A stretch of 64,000 nt of DNA, taken from the human T2T-CHM13v2.0 reference genome, Homo sapiens. The stretch is taken from the NCBI RefSeq assembly GCF_009914755.1, contig NC_060928.1; one strand, 5' to 3'. The notes below the pieces were generated by a model, which searched no databases, was not told the DNA's origin, and saw only the letters and a list, made by a program, of their open reading frames with translations. Below, in pieces: positions 25,806-38,344 of the stretch (positions within the stretch are counted from its first letter, which is position 1; every line of letters starts with the position of its first letter). The position numbers and the translations under genes were made by a program.

Positions 25806-27517
25806 TAAAGCTTTTAAAATTTGTGACTGAAATACAGATATCCTGCTTCTCTATCATAGGCTGTGAGTCCAGCAAAGTGCTTAGCACAGAGTAAGTACTC
25901 TATACTCAGATACATCAAAGTGACATGATCTGAAATTCATGTCTTTATTCACTAGATGTTCTATGAGAAGCAGGATGTGGTCAAAAAGGTTGCAAGAAAG
26001 TGAGAAAACCACCTCATGATGGTGCCTGGGCACATCAGTACTCTTGCAGCTTGAAATTGAGATGAGCCATTGATTTTCCATGGGTTGAGCACATGATACC
26101 ATCAGGTAGGTTTTAAGCAAGTCTTCTGGGATTTCATACTTAATCAGTAATGCAGTGAGTTTCCATTGCAACTGAAAGGCATTTATATTGGAAACGGGTG
26201 CCAGCTGTAGTGTGATGATTTCTTATTTCCAACCAGCTAGGGAGAGATAATTGCAGGTATTGATAAAGCCATACAGATTCGCTCTATATGGTTCAGTGAA
26301 CTGCTCTTTTCATTCTGTGTAGACAAATGTTGTTATCGTTTATTTATGACCTGTGAGCAGGTTGTTATATCCTAGATTACTTATATTCAATGAGGCATAC
26401 TCTTTTATTATTCTTATTTCTTTGCCCTTCTCATTTAATGACTTCTACAAACTCTTCAGTGCAATAGGTTCTTCTATAGCAGCAGAAGAATCATCCTGCT
26501 TTGCCTAACGATGCACTGCTCGGTTTCAGCCATCATTGATTGTTCAGTTGGTGGAGCCTGCATCCACCCGACTTCCCTGTTTCTTGTTATGTACACTACT
26601 TTCTAATGTCACAGATGCCCTTATGTGATGCGCACTTTCATTTTCTTTATTTGCTTCTGCTTCTGTTCTGGTGTCCCTTCCTATTTTTTTCATGTTACTA
26701 TGAATTTTGAAAAGTCAATTCTTAAAAAATACTTTTAATTCCATAAAATAAATATTTCAAAACCAACATATTATTTTCACCTTCACTATCCATTTTTTTT
26801 CATTTGGACCTAGTTAGCGAATATGGAGGATAAAATTTGTTCATATTGCTCAGAGTATAGTGGTGATTATTCTCCTTGACCTTTGAATATCGTGCACCGA
26901 AGAATAGGGAAGTAGTCTTCTAGAACTGAGAATGAAGCATAAATAAGTTCACATGTTGCACTGTTGCCTAAAGCCATAGGAAATTATGTTGACAGTCAAG
27001 AGAATGCTGGCAGTCACAGGACACTTCACCTGTTATTTACGCAAAGGCATAGTGCAGGTTCAGTAGCATAGCCTGTGTGGCTTGTGGTTCATGAATCAGA
27101 CTGCCTAATCCCGGGAACCACAAGGGACATCTGTAAATCCATTGGCCAGTTCCTGAGGTAAGGGCCACAGGCAAACAGACTGTTTCTAGAAAATGGACAG
27201 TAGAAAAAGCCTGATGTGGGGTGGGGGGTATCAAAAAATGATATTAATTTTCATAAACACTTTATGAGTTTAAAATACCATGTGTATTTTAATGTGAGAC
27301 AAACCTCACATTAAGTTTGATAAAATAGAATAACATAAAAATTAAAATGGTGACATGCTGATAAATCCACAACAATGAAATCCTTTTGTCAAAGGAATGG
27401 GAAAAACTCAATAGAAATATTAGAAAAGCGTGTACATAATATTTCTTTAGGGAATAAAGAATTAATGTTATCAGCATTTTATTCAACAGAACTGAATAGG
27501 ATTAAAATAATAATTTA

Positions 27518-27816
<299 letters not shown>

Positions 27817-29940
27817 GTTTAAAAAACTTAAAATTGTTTCTCTATATGGAAATCACTTGATTGTCAGACTTCCAGGAAATACCCTGAACAATACCTTGCT
27901 AATATTCTTGTACAGATTTGCACATTTCTGAGTTTTTATGTTTTTACCAACTCTGAATGTACAAAACATGTATGCAAAGTGTGTATATTTCTTTCGGTGA
28001 GAACTAATAACATGGTAGTTTTCATATGTGAAGGATGGTTATTGCAAGATTGGGATTCTGCTGCAGTTAGCTGTGTAACTCTCTGTTAAGCGGAGGAGAG
28101 GGTATGTGGTTGAGGAGTAGGGAGGATGTCATCAACAGATATTTTCTTTCCTAAAATCTCCTTGCTAAATCCTGTTTTTGTTATATAACTGAAGACTGAC
28201 ATTCAACCTTAGAGTTCTTGAGACCCTGGCTGTTGATTAACAGACTCCTGTGAGCAGTCTTTTTGGTGGCCCAGTTTTTTGCTGTGATAGCTAAATGACA
28301 GCAGCAACAATGGCAACCCAGACACCTGCAACAACACTGCCACCCATTGAGCCTTGTAAGAAACTTGTGGTGCCCCCCGTGGACTGGTGAATAGGCTAAT
28401 TCCCCCACTTTGTCCCATAACGTGATGACTTGGGGACATTTTCAAAGGGGATAGGCCATCAAGACCAGTCCTCCCAGTGTGTTACCTCACTCTTAAGACA
28501 TTTCAGCAAGTTATTAAGCAATTTTATTTTTTTACAAGGAAAATTTCAATTTTCCAGTCCTGGACTGTTTTATAGATGTTACTTGGAGACATAATTTTTC
28601 ATTTAGGCTTATGAGTGCCACTACACTTATGATAGGCTGAACTGAGCAACAGCCTGGAATGATAATGCACAAATCAATCCAACTAAATTTGGCTTCAAGG
28701 TCCTCAGACATCACTGACATTGATTACAAGTGAAGCAAGTATTCCCATTAATTTAATATCTGAAAAGATTTGTGTATCATCTTCTAATGTTCTTTAGATT
28801 GGCCTTGGAGGTTGGGAAGGTGATGCAGCTTGTCACATTGCATAGAACATTTATGTTCTCCTTTGACAACCAACTCACCTCTGGGCTCCTGGGAGCAGTT
28901 TCCACTGGAATGGAGAGCAGAGAGAATCATAATTATGTCTCAGACCTGGTTCATCGCCCAGTGGGGACCTGTATTTCTACATGTGCCCTTATAAATATTT
29001 TAGCTAAATCAGGGTCTCAAATGTAAAATCTAGTTCCCTGGGGAACTTTTTAATATAAACCAAAGTCTGGTTTAGGGTGATTTAAAAAGAAAAAACTTTG
29101 TGAAATGTATTTACTCATGATAATTGCAGATTTAAAACAAAGTCTTATTTATTTTACATGACACTAAAAACTAAAACAAAAAACTCCAGATGAGCAAAAG
29201 TGGAAACATACTTCAAACACCTTATGACACATGATCAAATTCCTTATAAACTTAAATTTATGAAAATATAGTTTGGAAGTGGATAGGATATTCAGAGGAA
29301 GCACAATATTTATGGGCAATGCTATCATCATTGTTTTGCATTCTAATGGAATGTTTTTACTTTCTTGTAATATGCACCCCTGAAGAGATAAAGTAGTGGA
29401 AATATGACACACTTACCCATTCTGACTGTTCTTGTGTCCTGCGACAACCATAAAATCTGATAATCAGTTAACCAACTGACTCAGTTGGGATTTAGTCCAG
29501 GTTAAAGCCTGGGTAAGTAGCATTCTGGAGTAAATCTCATAAGTAACTATCTGATGATGTCCTGACTATCCTCAAAGGAAGAGATTCTGTTTGTTCAGCA
29601 TTTTGGGAGCCAAATATTCTTTTAAAATCTGGATTGTCTGATGCTCATGTCAAAATCCAGACAGAGTGATAAATTACTCATAAATAAAAACAGAGGAAAC
29701 TATTGCAGTGATGGTCACTGGCTATGATCTTGGTAATTCCAGTTCTATAGCTCTACTTTTAGATACAAATCATTTTCATATGGAACATTTGATTCCCAAT
29801 TAGAACCTCTGAATTTGAATGGCAGAAGAAGTTGCTGGAAGCTGTTAGCAAAAACTGTGCTGCCTACAAATGATCCTTGGAATCTCAAGAATCCTGCAAA
29901 AAAAAAAAAAAAAGAAAAAAAAAAAGAAAACCTAGGCACT

Positions 29941-30325
<385 letters not shown>

Positions 30326-30827
30326 CTATATTTATTTAATCGTTTCAATTATGACTCTGCTTATTAGCTGCAAACCCCAGAATCACAAATTTAATAGGAA
30401 TCTTTAAAAAAGACGTGTTAAAATTAGGGAATAAAGTTACACATTTGCAGAATTCAAGATTTATTGGGATGAGTATCTGTCTCATATGTTAGATAGAGTC
30501 TTCGTAGGGAATATTGGCTTCTGGCACATACTCTCTTGGCTTCTGTGTTCTTTCTGCCTGCACAAAGTGCTTTTTGTTCCTCAAACCAGTAGAAACTATT
30601 TAAGCCTTAAGTGATTCTCCCTCCATTCAGCATCATGTAAACCATAAACATACATGTTCTGTAAAGATACAAGAAAGGGTCCTAGCAAGTAAGTTTGTAG
30701 CGTTAGTAATACACTTCTATATGTTAGCACACTACCTATTTTGGAGTAATGTTTTTTTGGTCTGAGTGTTTTTGTTAGTTCGCTTTGAATTTATAAATTT
30801 TAATTTGGTTCAAAAGTTTATTTTCTG

Positions 30828-31185
30828 TTTTTTTTTTTTTTTTTCCTCTTTTGAGACAAGGTCTTGCTGTGTCACCTAGGCTGGTCTTGAACTCCTGGCT
30901 CAAGTGATCCTCTTGCCTTGGCCTCCCAAAGTGTTGGGATTACAGGCGTGAGCCACCACACCTGGCCTTCTGTGTTCTTTTGTTTGTTCGTTTGGTTTTA
31001 GGCTCCTAAGTAGCTGGGACTACAGGTGCATGCCACCACACCCAGCTAATTTTTTTTTGGTGTTTTTGGTAGAGACCGTGGTCTCACCGTGTTGCCCAGG
31101 CTGGTGTCAAACTTAGACTCCAATGATCCACCCTCTTTGGCCTCCCAAGGTGCTGGGATTACAGGTGTGAGCCACCACCCCGGCC
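30828..31185 (-). mobile_element. Nested Alus: FLAM-like monomer (about 30828-30967) in the tail of an internally deleted Alu (about 30975-31185)
   Basis: Two GCCACCA..GGCC 5' ends. Outer TSD TTATTTTCT(G/A)TTTTT at 30818 and 31186. Confidence 0.8.
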
Positions 31186-31589
31186 TTATTTTCTATTTTT
31201 AATATGTGCTAGGATGCTGTAAATGAGTAAGACAGAAGAAATATAAATGAAGAATTAGCACATAGAAAAATTTCAACCTCAGGAGTCATCAAATGAATGT
31301 AATGAATGTGTATTAAAATGAGTCCCCCCCACCATCAGATTAACTAAGGTTTTTAAAAAAGCCTGTTGGTGAGACTATGATGCTAGGGACAATTTGTTGT
31401 ACTGCTGTTGGAGTGAATGTCATAAGAGAGATCCAAATAAAAATCCCGGGGGGAAAGATCGAGATTGGAAACAGCAGAGAAAATTTCTGGAGGGATTAGT
31501 GCTTCAGGAAGATTTGAAGGAGGAATAAAATTAAAACAGATGGAAGGTAAAAATGGCAAAGCAGAGAGCTTGATTAAGGGTAGTACTTT

Positions 31590-32500
31590 TTCACTCCAGC
31601 ATGTTTTGGAGATTTATCCCATTCATTTTAATGTTTTTATAGCATTCCATTGGATGAATATATAATAATTTATTTACTCATTCCCCTTCTGGTAGACAAT
31701 TATGTTGCTTCCAAATTTTTATTGCAAACAAAGCTGTTTTGTGAACATCTTTGTATTTGTCTTCTTGTGCACATTTGAGAGATTTTTTTTTCCTGGATGT
31801 ATGCTGAGGAATAGAAGTGCTGAGCTATGGGGCATGCACTAAAGTGCCTGTGCCAATTAAAACTACCACTGGCAGTGTTTGAGAGTTCTTATTTTCCCAC
31901 ATCCTTATACTTGGTATCGGCAGACACACACATTTTTATCAATTTCATAGGTGTGAATGAATATCATAATCGTTTTTTCAGTTCCCTCATTACAGGTGAG
32001 ATTTGCAATATTTTTCACATATTTATGGCTCATTCAATTTCTTCTTGAGCACATTGTTTTTCTCTATTTTCTATTTTTTGTCATTTTCTTTATTGATTTG
32101 TAGGTCTTTATAAATTCTTGATGTCATGTTTTTAAAAATACATATTCTTGATGTCATGGTTTTTAGAAATCTATTAAGTGAATACAAATATCTCCACTTC
32201 TTCTTAGTCTTGTTTTAAAAAATGTTATTATGGTCTTTTCTCTCATCCAGAAGTAATTGTAATTTAGATAAAATTATCAATCTTTTTCTTTATAGTTTAT
32301 GCTTTGTATGACTTGCTTAAGAAATTCTTTCCTAACGTATTTTCTAAAGAGAATGTTCTACCATTCTTTGCAGAATTTTTGCTTTTTCATAATCAAATCT
32401 TTACTTGGCTTGGAATTGATTTTTGTCTATGGTGTGAGGAAGGGTTGTAGCATTTTTTTCCCAAAAGATTGGCCAACTCTCCAAGCTCATAAATAATTCT
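31590..32500 (-). mobile_element. Old L1M (L1ME-like) fragment
   Basis: Degenerate antisense L1 3' motifs such as GCATTCCATTGGATGAATATA and GGAATTGATTTTTGTCTATGGTGTGAG. Confidence 0.65.
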
Positions 32501-34235
32501 TTTTCTATTTTATTTTTGTTATGTATGCATCACATGCCTGGCAAGTTATACAGGTTCCAGTGAGCAAAACTATGGAAATCCTCTCAACGGCAAAGAGTGT
32601 GTGCATATCCCTGTAGTCTGGGTGTTCCAGAAGCAGCTAGAGATGAGGAATACAGATCTGATTGAGTTTGAGTTCCAACTCTCTCATTTACAAACCAAGC
32701 AGGGTAAAAAGGATATTAACAGAATGAATTGATTTGCAAAAGTTGGAACTGAAATAAATATTATTGGGCAAAAGTTTGGGATAGAAATATAGCGTATCCA
32801 CATCAATTTCAAATAGTTGGAAGGGGTGGAATATGAGGTTCTTCACTGGGTTCTGAAAGTATGGGAATGAAATGAAGAGAACCTTTAATAATACTAACTC
32901 CGAGAGCCTAAATAAAAACACTGAGTTAAATCAGTTGAATGAAACAATATTAATGGAGTGCAAGGTGGTATGTATGTGAAAACCATTTGTTATTGGAAAA
33001 AGAGCTGTTTGCATATAGCATCAGGACATGGCTTACTCAGCTCCATTCCCAACTGACTTTTCCCTTGCCTTCCCTTTTGTAAAGGCTAAAAGTGAAACAC
33101 TCCGTTTTCTTAGGCACCTCCTGCCTGAGGTGACCACTTGGCTCAGCTCTAGCCAGTGATGCAAATGGACAACATTCCTTTCCATACAAAAAGACAAAAG
33201 CTGCCTGGGAAAAGGTCTTTAGCCCTCTCACCTTCTTCCTTCCTGAAAATTGGATGTGGGGTCTGGAAGTGCAGAGGCCATCTTGAGATACTAAGGACAG
33301 TGACTTGTGGAATTCTGAGCTACTCTGACAGCCCTCGTGTTTCTACCTTAGACTTCTTGTTGCCAGAAACAAAATAAACCTGTATTTTTTTAAGTTCTTG
33401 CAGTGAAGGTTTTTATTTTTTATAGCCAAACATATGCATACCTGATATAGCTTTGATACCTCATTCCTTCATTTGTTCAATATTGTTATCACTGAAAACA
33501 TTACAGTAATGGATGTATGTTAGTGAAGTGATGGAGGATTGAACAGAGGAAGGGAAAGAAGAAGATGGAACATGTACATTGTGTATATGGAATTTAATTT
33601 ATAATAGGAGGAATAAGACATGACCACAGTAAGAGATAGTTTATGTACCAACATTTGGCCCCAAGTTTTATCAGATAATCTTTTACAAGCATGTGGGATT
33701 CATTGTGGCAGTTTGGGTATTACATGGACATCTTTGTGCATCACTTTGTCCTGGGAACACATGCTATGTGCTCTGAAGGTTACATCCGGACTATTTTGTA
33801 GTATGAGATATCAGTATGTAGTATGAGTGATAGTATGAGTGATAACCAATATTGACATACTCATACTACATACTCTGGCCACATGGCTCAGCTCAGTTAC
33901 ATCAGGACTATTTTGTAGTATGAGATGTCTAAAGGCATGTTTTCTGCTACAAAGCAATCCATAAAAAATTTCAACAAGGAATTCCATCTACCTGTTATAG
34001 ACACAGGATGTCCCTCTTCCGCTGATGTGGCTTTGAAAGAAATAAACAGCCTGCTGTCATTTTGTGTTACCATCCTCAGCAGGCAGCAAGAATGCAGGAA
34101 AAAAACCTGCTTACAGCCAAGGGTCAGGATTAGGATGTAAACTCCTGGGAGTGTGTGTGTGTTTTATCCTGGTATCTCTCATGGTGACTAATTCCTTGCT
34201 TGTGCATTTCAAGAGCTCAAAATATTTTTGCTCTT

Positions 34236-34500
34236 TGCAATGGTCTGAATGTATTCTCCCAAAATTCATATGTTGAGACTTAATTGCCAATGTGGTAGTA
34301 ATGCAATAAATCAGATTATATCTTTGTAAGCTTTAAGAGGTAATTAAGTTATGAGGGTAGAGCCTTCATGGAAGGAATTAAGGCTCTTACAAATGGGCTT
34401 AAGGGAGTGGGTTCATTACCTTCTATCCCTTCCTCCACGTGAGGACATGGCATTTACTCCCTCTGGAGCATGCAGCAACAACATACCATCTTGGAAGCAG
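34236..34500 (+). mobile_element. MaLR LTR (MST/MLT1A-like), 3'-truncated by L1
   Basis: TGCAATGGTCTGAATGT...CCCAAAATTCATATGTTGA...CCATCTTGGAAGCAG. Confidence 0.8.
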
Positions 34501-37500
34501 ACCACAGTGCAATCAAATTGGAACACAAGATTAAGAAACTCACTCAAAACCACACACCTACATGGAAATTGAACAACCTGCTCCTGAACGACTTCTGGGT
34601 AAATAATGAAATTAAGGTAGAAATCAAGAAGTTCTTTGAAACCAGTGAGGACAAAGAGACAATGTACCAGAATCTTTGGGATGCAGTTAAAGCAGTGTTG
34701 AGGGAAATTTATAGCACCGAGTACCCACATCAAAAAGTTAGAAAGATCTCAAATCAACACCATAACATCACAACTAAAAGAACTAGAGAACCAAGAGCAA
34801 ACAAACCCCAAAGCTAGCAGAAGACAAAAAAAAAAAACATCAAGATCAGAGCAGAACTGAAGGAGATAGAGATATGAAAAACCCTTAAAAAATCAATGAA
34901 TCCAGGAGCTTTTTTTGAAAAAATTAATAAAATAGACCACTAGCTAGACTAATAGAGAAGAAAAGAGAGAAGAACCAGATAGACAAAATAAAAAATGGTT
35001 AAGGGTATATCACCACTTAGCCCACAGAAATACAAACAGCCATCAGAGAATACTATAAACATCTTTATGCAAATAAACTAGAAAATATAGAAGAAATGGA
35101 CAAATTCCTGGGCACATACACCCTCCCAAGACTAAATCAGGAAGAAGCTGAATCCCTGAATAGATCAATAACAAGTTCTGAAATTGAGGCAGTAATAAAT
35201 AGTCTACCAACCAAAAAAAGCCTGGGGCCAGACAGATTTACAGCTGAATTCTACCAGAGGTACAAAGAGGAGCTGGTACCATTTCTTCTGAAACTGTTCC
35301 AAACAATTGAAAAGGAGGGATTTCTCCATAACTCATTTTATGAGGCCAGCATCATCCTGATACCAAAAGCTGGCAGAGATACAACAAAAAAAGAAAACTT
35401 GTAGGTCAATATCCTTAATAAACATCAATGCAAAAATTCTCAATAAAATACTGGCAAACCGAATCCAGCAGAACATCAAAAAGCTTATCCACCACGATCA
35501 AGTTGGCTTCATCAATGGGATGCAAGGCTGGTTCAACATACACAAAACAATACATGCAATTCATCACATAAATAGAACTAAAGACAAAAACCACATGATT
35601 ATCTCAATAGATTCAGAAAAGGCCTTCGATAAAATTCACCATCCCTTCATATTAAAAACTCTCAATAAACTAGGTATTGAAAGAACATACCTCAAAATAA
35701 TAGGCATTTATGACAAGCCCACAGCCAATATCATACAGAATGGGCAAAAGCTGGAAATATTCCCCTTGAAAACCAGCACAAAACAAGGATGCCCTCTCTC
35801 ATCACTCCTATTCAACATAGTATTGGAAGTTCTGGCCAGGACAGTCAGGCAAGAGAAAGAAATAAAAGCTATTCAAATAGGAAGAGGGGAAGTCAACCTG
35901 CCTCTGTTTGCAGATGGCATGATCCTATATCAAGAAAACCCCATCATCTCAGGCCAAAGCCTTCTTAAGCTGATAAGCAAATTCAGGAAAGTCTGAGGAT
36001 ACAAAATCAATGTTCAAAAATCACAAGCATTCCTATATACCAGCAACAGACAAGCAGAGAGCCAAATCATGAATGAACTCCCATTCACAATTGCTACAGA
36101 GAGAATAAAATACCTAGGAATACAGCTATCAAGGGAAGTAAATGACCTTTTCAAGGAGAACCACAAGCCACTGCTTAAGGAAATCTGAGAGGAAACAAAA
36201 AAACGGAAAAATATTCCATGCTCCTGGATAGGAAGAATCAAAATGGCCATACTGCCCAAAGTAATTTATAGATTCAATGCTATTCCCATTAAACTACCAT
36301 TGACATTTTTCACAGAATTAGAAAAAACTACTTTAAAATTAACATGGAACCAAAAAAGAGCCCATATAGCCAAGACAATCTTAAGCAAAAAGAACAAAGC
36401 TGGAGGCACCACACTACCTGACTTCAAACTATACTCCAAGGCTACAGTAACCAAAACAGCATGGTACTGGTACAAAAACAGACACAAAGACCAATAGAAC
36501 AGAATAGAGAACTCAGAAATAAGACCACACTTGTACAACAATCTGATCTTCAAAAACCTGACAAAAACAAGCAATGGGGAAAGGATTCCCTATTTAATAA
36601 ATGGTGTTGGGAGAACTGGCTAGCCATATGCAGAAAATTGAAACCGGACTCTTTCCTTACACCTTATATAAAAATTAACTCAAGATGGATTAAAGACTTA
36701 AATGTAAAACCTGAAACCACAGAAACCCTAGAAGAAAATCTAGGCAACACCATTCAGGACATAGGCATGGGCAAAGATTTCATGACGAAAACACCAAAAG
36801 CAAAAATTGAGAAATGGGACCTAATTAAACTAAAGAGCTTCTGCACAGCAAAATAAACTATCATCAGAGTGAACAGACCATCTGATAATAAAATATCAAA
36901 GAAAAACCCTATTTTTTTTTCCTCCAAGACTTGAGTAAATAGGAGAAAATTTTTGCAATCTATCCATCTGACAAAGGTCTAATATCCAGAATCTACAAGG
37001 AACTTAAACAAATTTACACACAAAAAAACCAAACAACTCCAGTAAAAAGTGGGCAAAAGACATGAATAGACACTTTTTGAAAGAAGACATTTACGTGGCC
37101 AAAAAACATATGAAAAAAAGCTCAACATCACGGATAATTAGAGAAATGCAAATCACAACAACAAGACACCATCTCATGCCAGTTAAAAAGTCAAGAAACA
37201 ACAGATGTTGGCAAGGCTGTGGAGAAATAGGAAAACTTTTACACTGTTGGTGGGAATGTAAATTAGTTCAATCATTGTGGAAGACAGTGTGACGATTCCT
37301 CAAAGACCAAGAACCAGAAATACCATTTGACCCAGCAATCCCATTACTATGTACCCAAAAGAATATAAATCATTCTATTACAGAGATACATGCATGCATA
37401 TGTTCATTGCAGCAATATTCGCAATAGCAAGACATGAAATCAACCCAAATGCCCATCAATGATAGACTGGATAAAGAAAATGTGGTACATATACACCACA

Positions 37501-37860
37501 GAATACTATGCAGCCATAAAAACGAATGAGATCAAGTTTTTTGCAGGGACATGGTTGGAGCTGGAAGCCTTTATCTTCAGCAAACTAATGCAGGAACAGA
37601 AAACCAAACGCCACATGTTCTCACTTGTAAGTGGGAGCTGAACAATGAGAACACATAGGGAGGGGAACAACACACAGTGGGGCCTGTTGTGGGGTTGGGG
37701 GAGGGAGAGCATCAGGAAAAATAGCTAATGCATGCTGGCCTTAATAGTTAGCTGATGGGTTGATAGGTGCAGTAAACCACCATGGCACATGTTTACCTGT
37801 GCAACAAACCTGCACATCCTGCACAAGTACCCTGGAACTAAAAAAAAAAAAAAAAAAAAA
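34498..37860 (+). mobile_element. 5'-truncated L1PA (older, L1PA10-12-like) with decayed ORF2 and poly(A)
   Basis: ORF2 fragments [22 protein letters not shown]...[11 protein letters not shown] (RT) and [10 protein letters not shown], with stops and frameshifts. 3' UTR and A21 tail present. Confidence 0.96.
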
Positions 37861-37938
37861 TTGATGAATCCCAGTGTTGGTTAACATTAGTATTGGCCCA
37901 CACTGAAATTCATATTGACCTCAGAGTGGAAGGCTATC

Positions 37939-38344
<406 letters not shown>

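Noticed and set aside
29417-29935. Strong minus-strand acceptor (T-run GCAG|G at 29894/29893) with donor ATGG|GTAAGT at 29417
   Set aside because: The polypyrimidine tract is just an A-run beside an Alu, the implied 477-nt exon has no ORF, and the sequence alone gives no transcript support.
34470-37641. Reverse-transcriptase ORFs as an active or novel retroelement
   Set aside because: Ordinary L1 ORF2 debris: 5'-truncated, many stops and frameshifts, catalytic FADD mutated to FADG.
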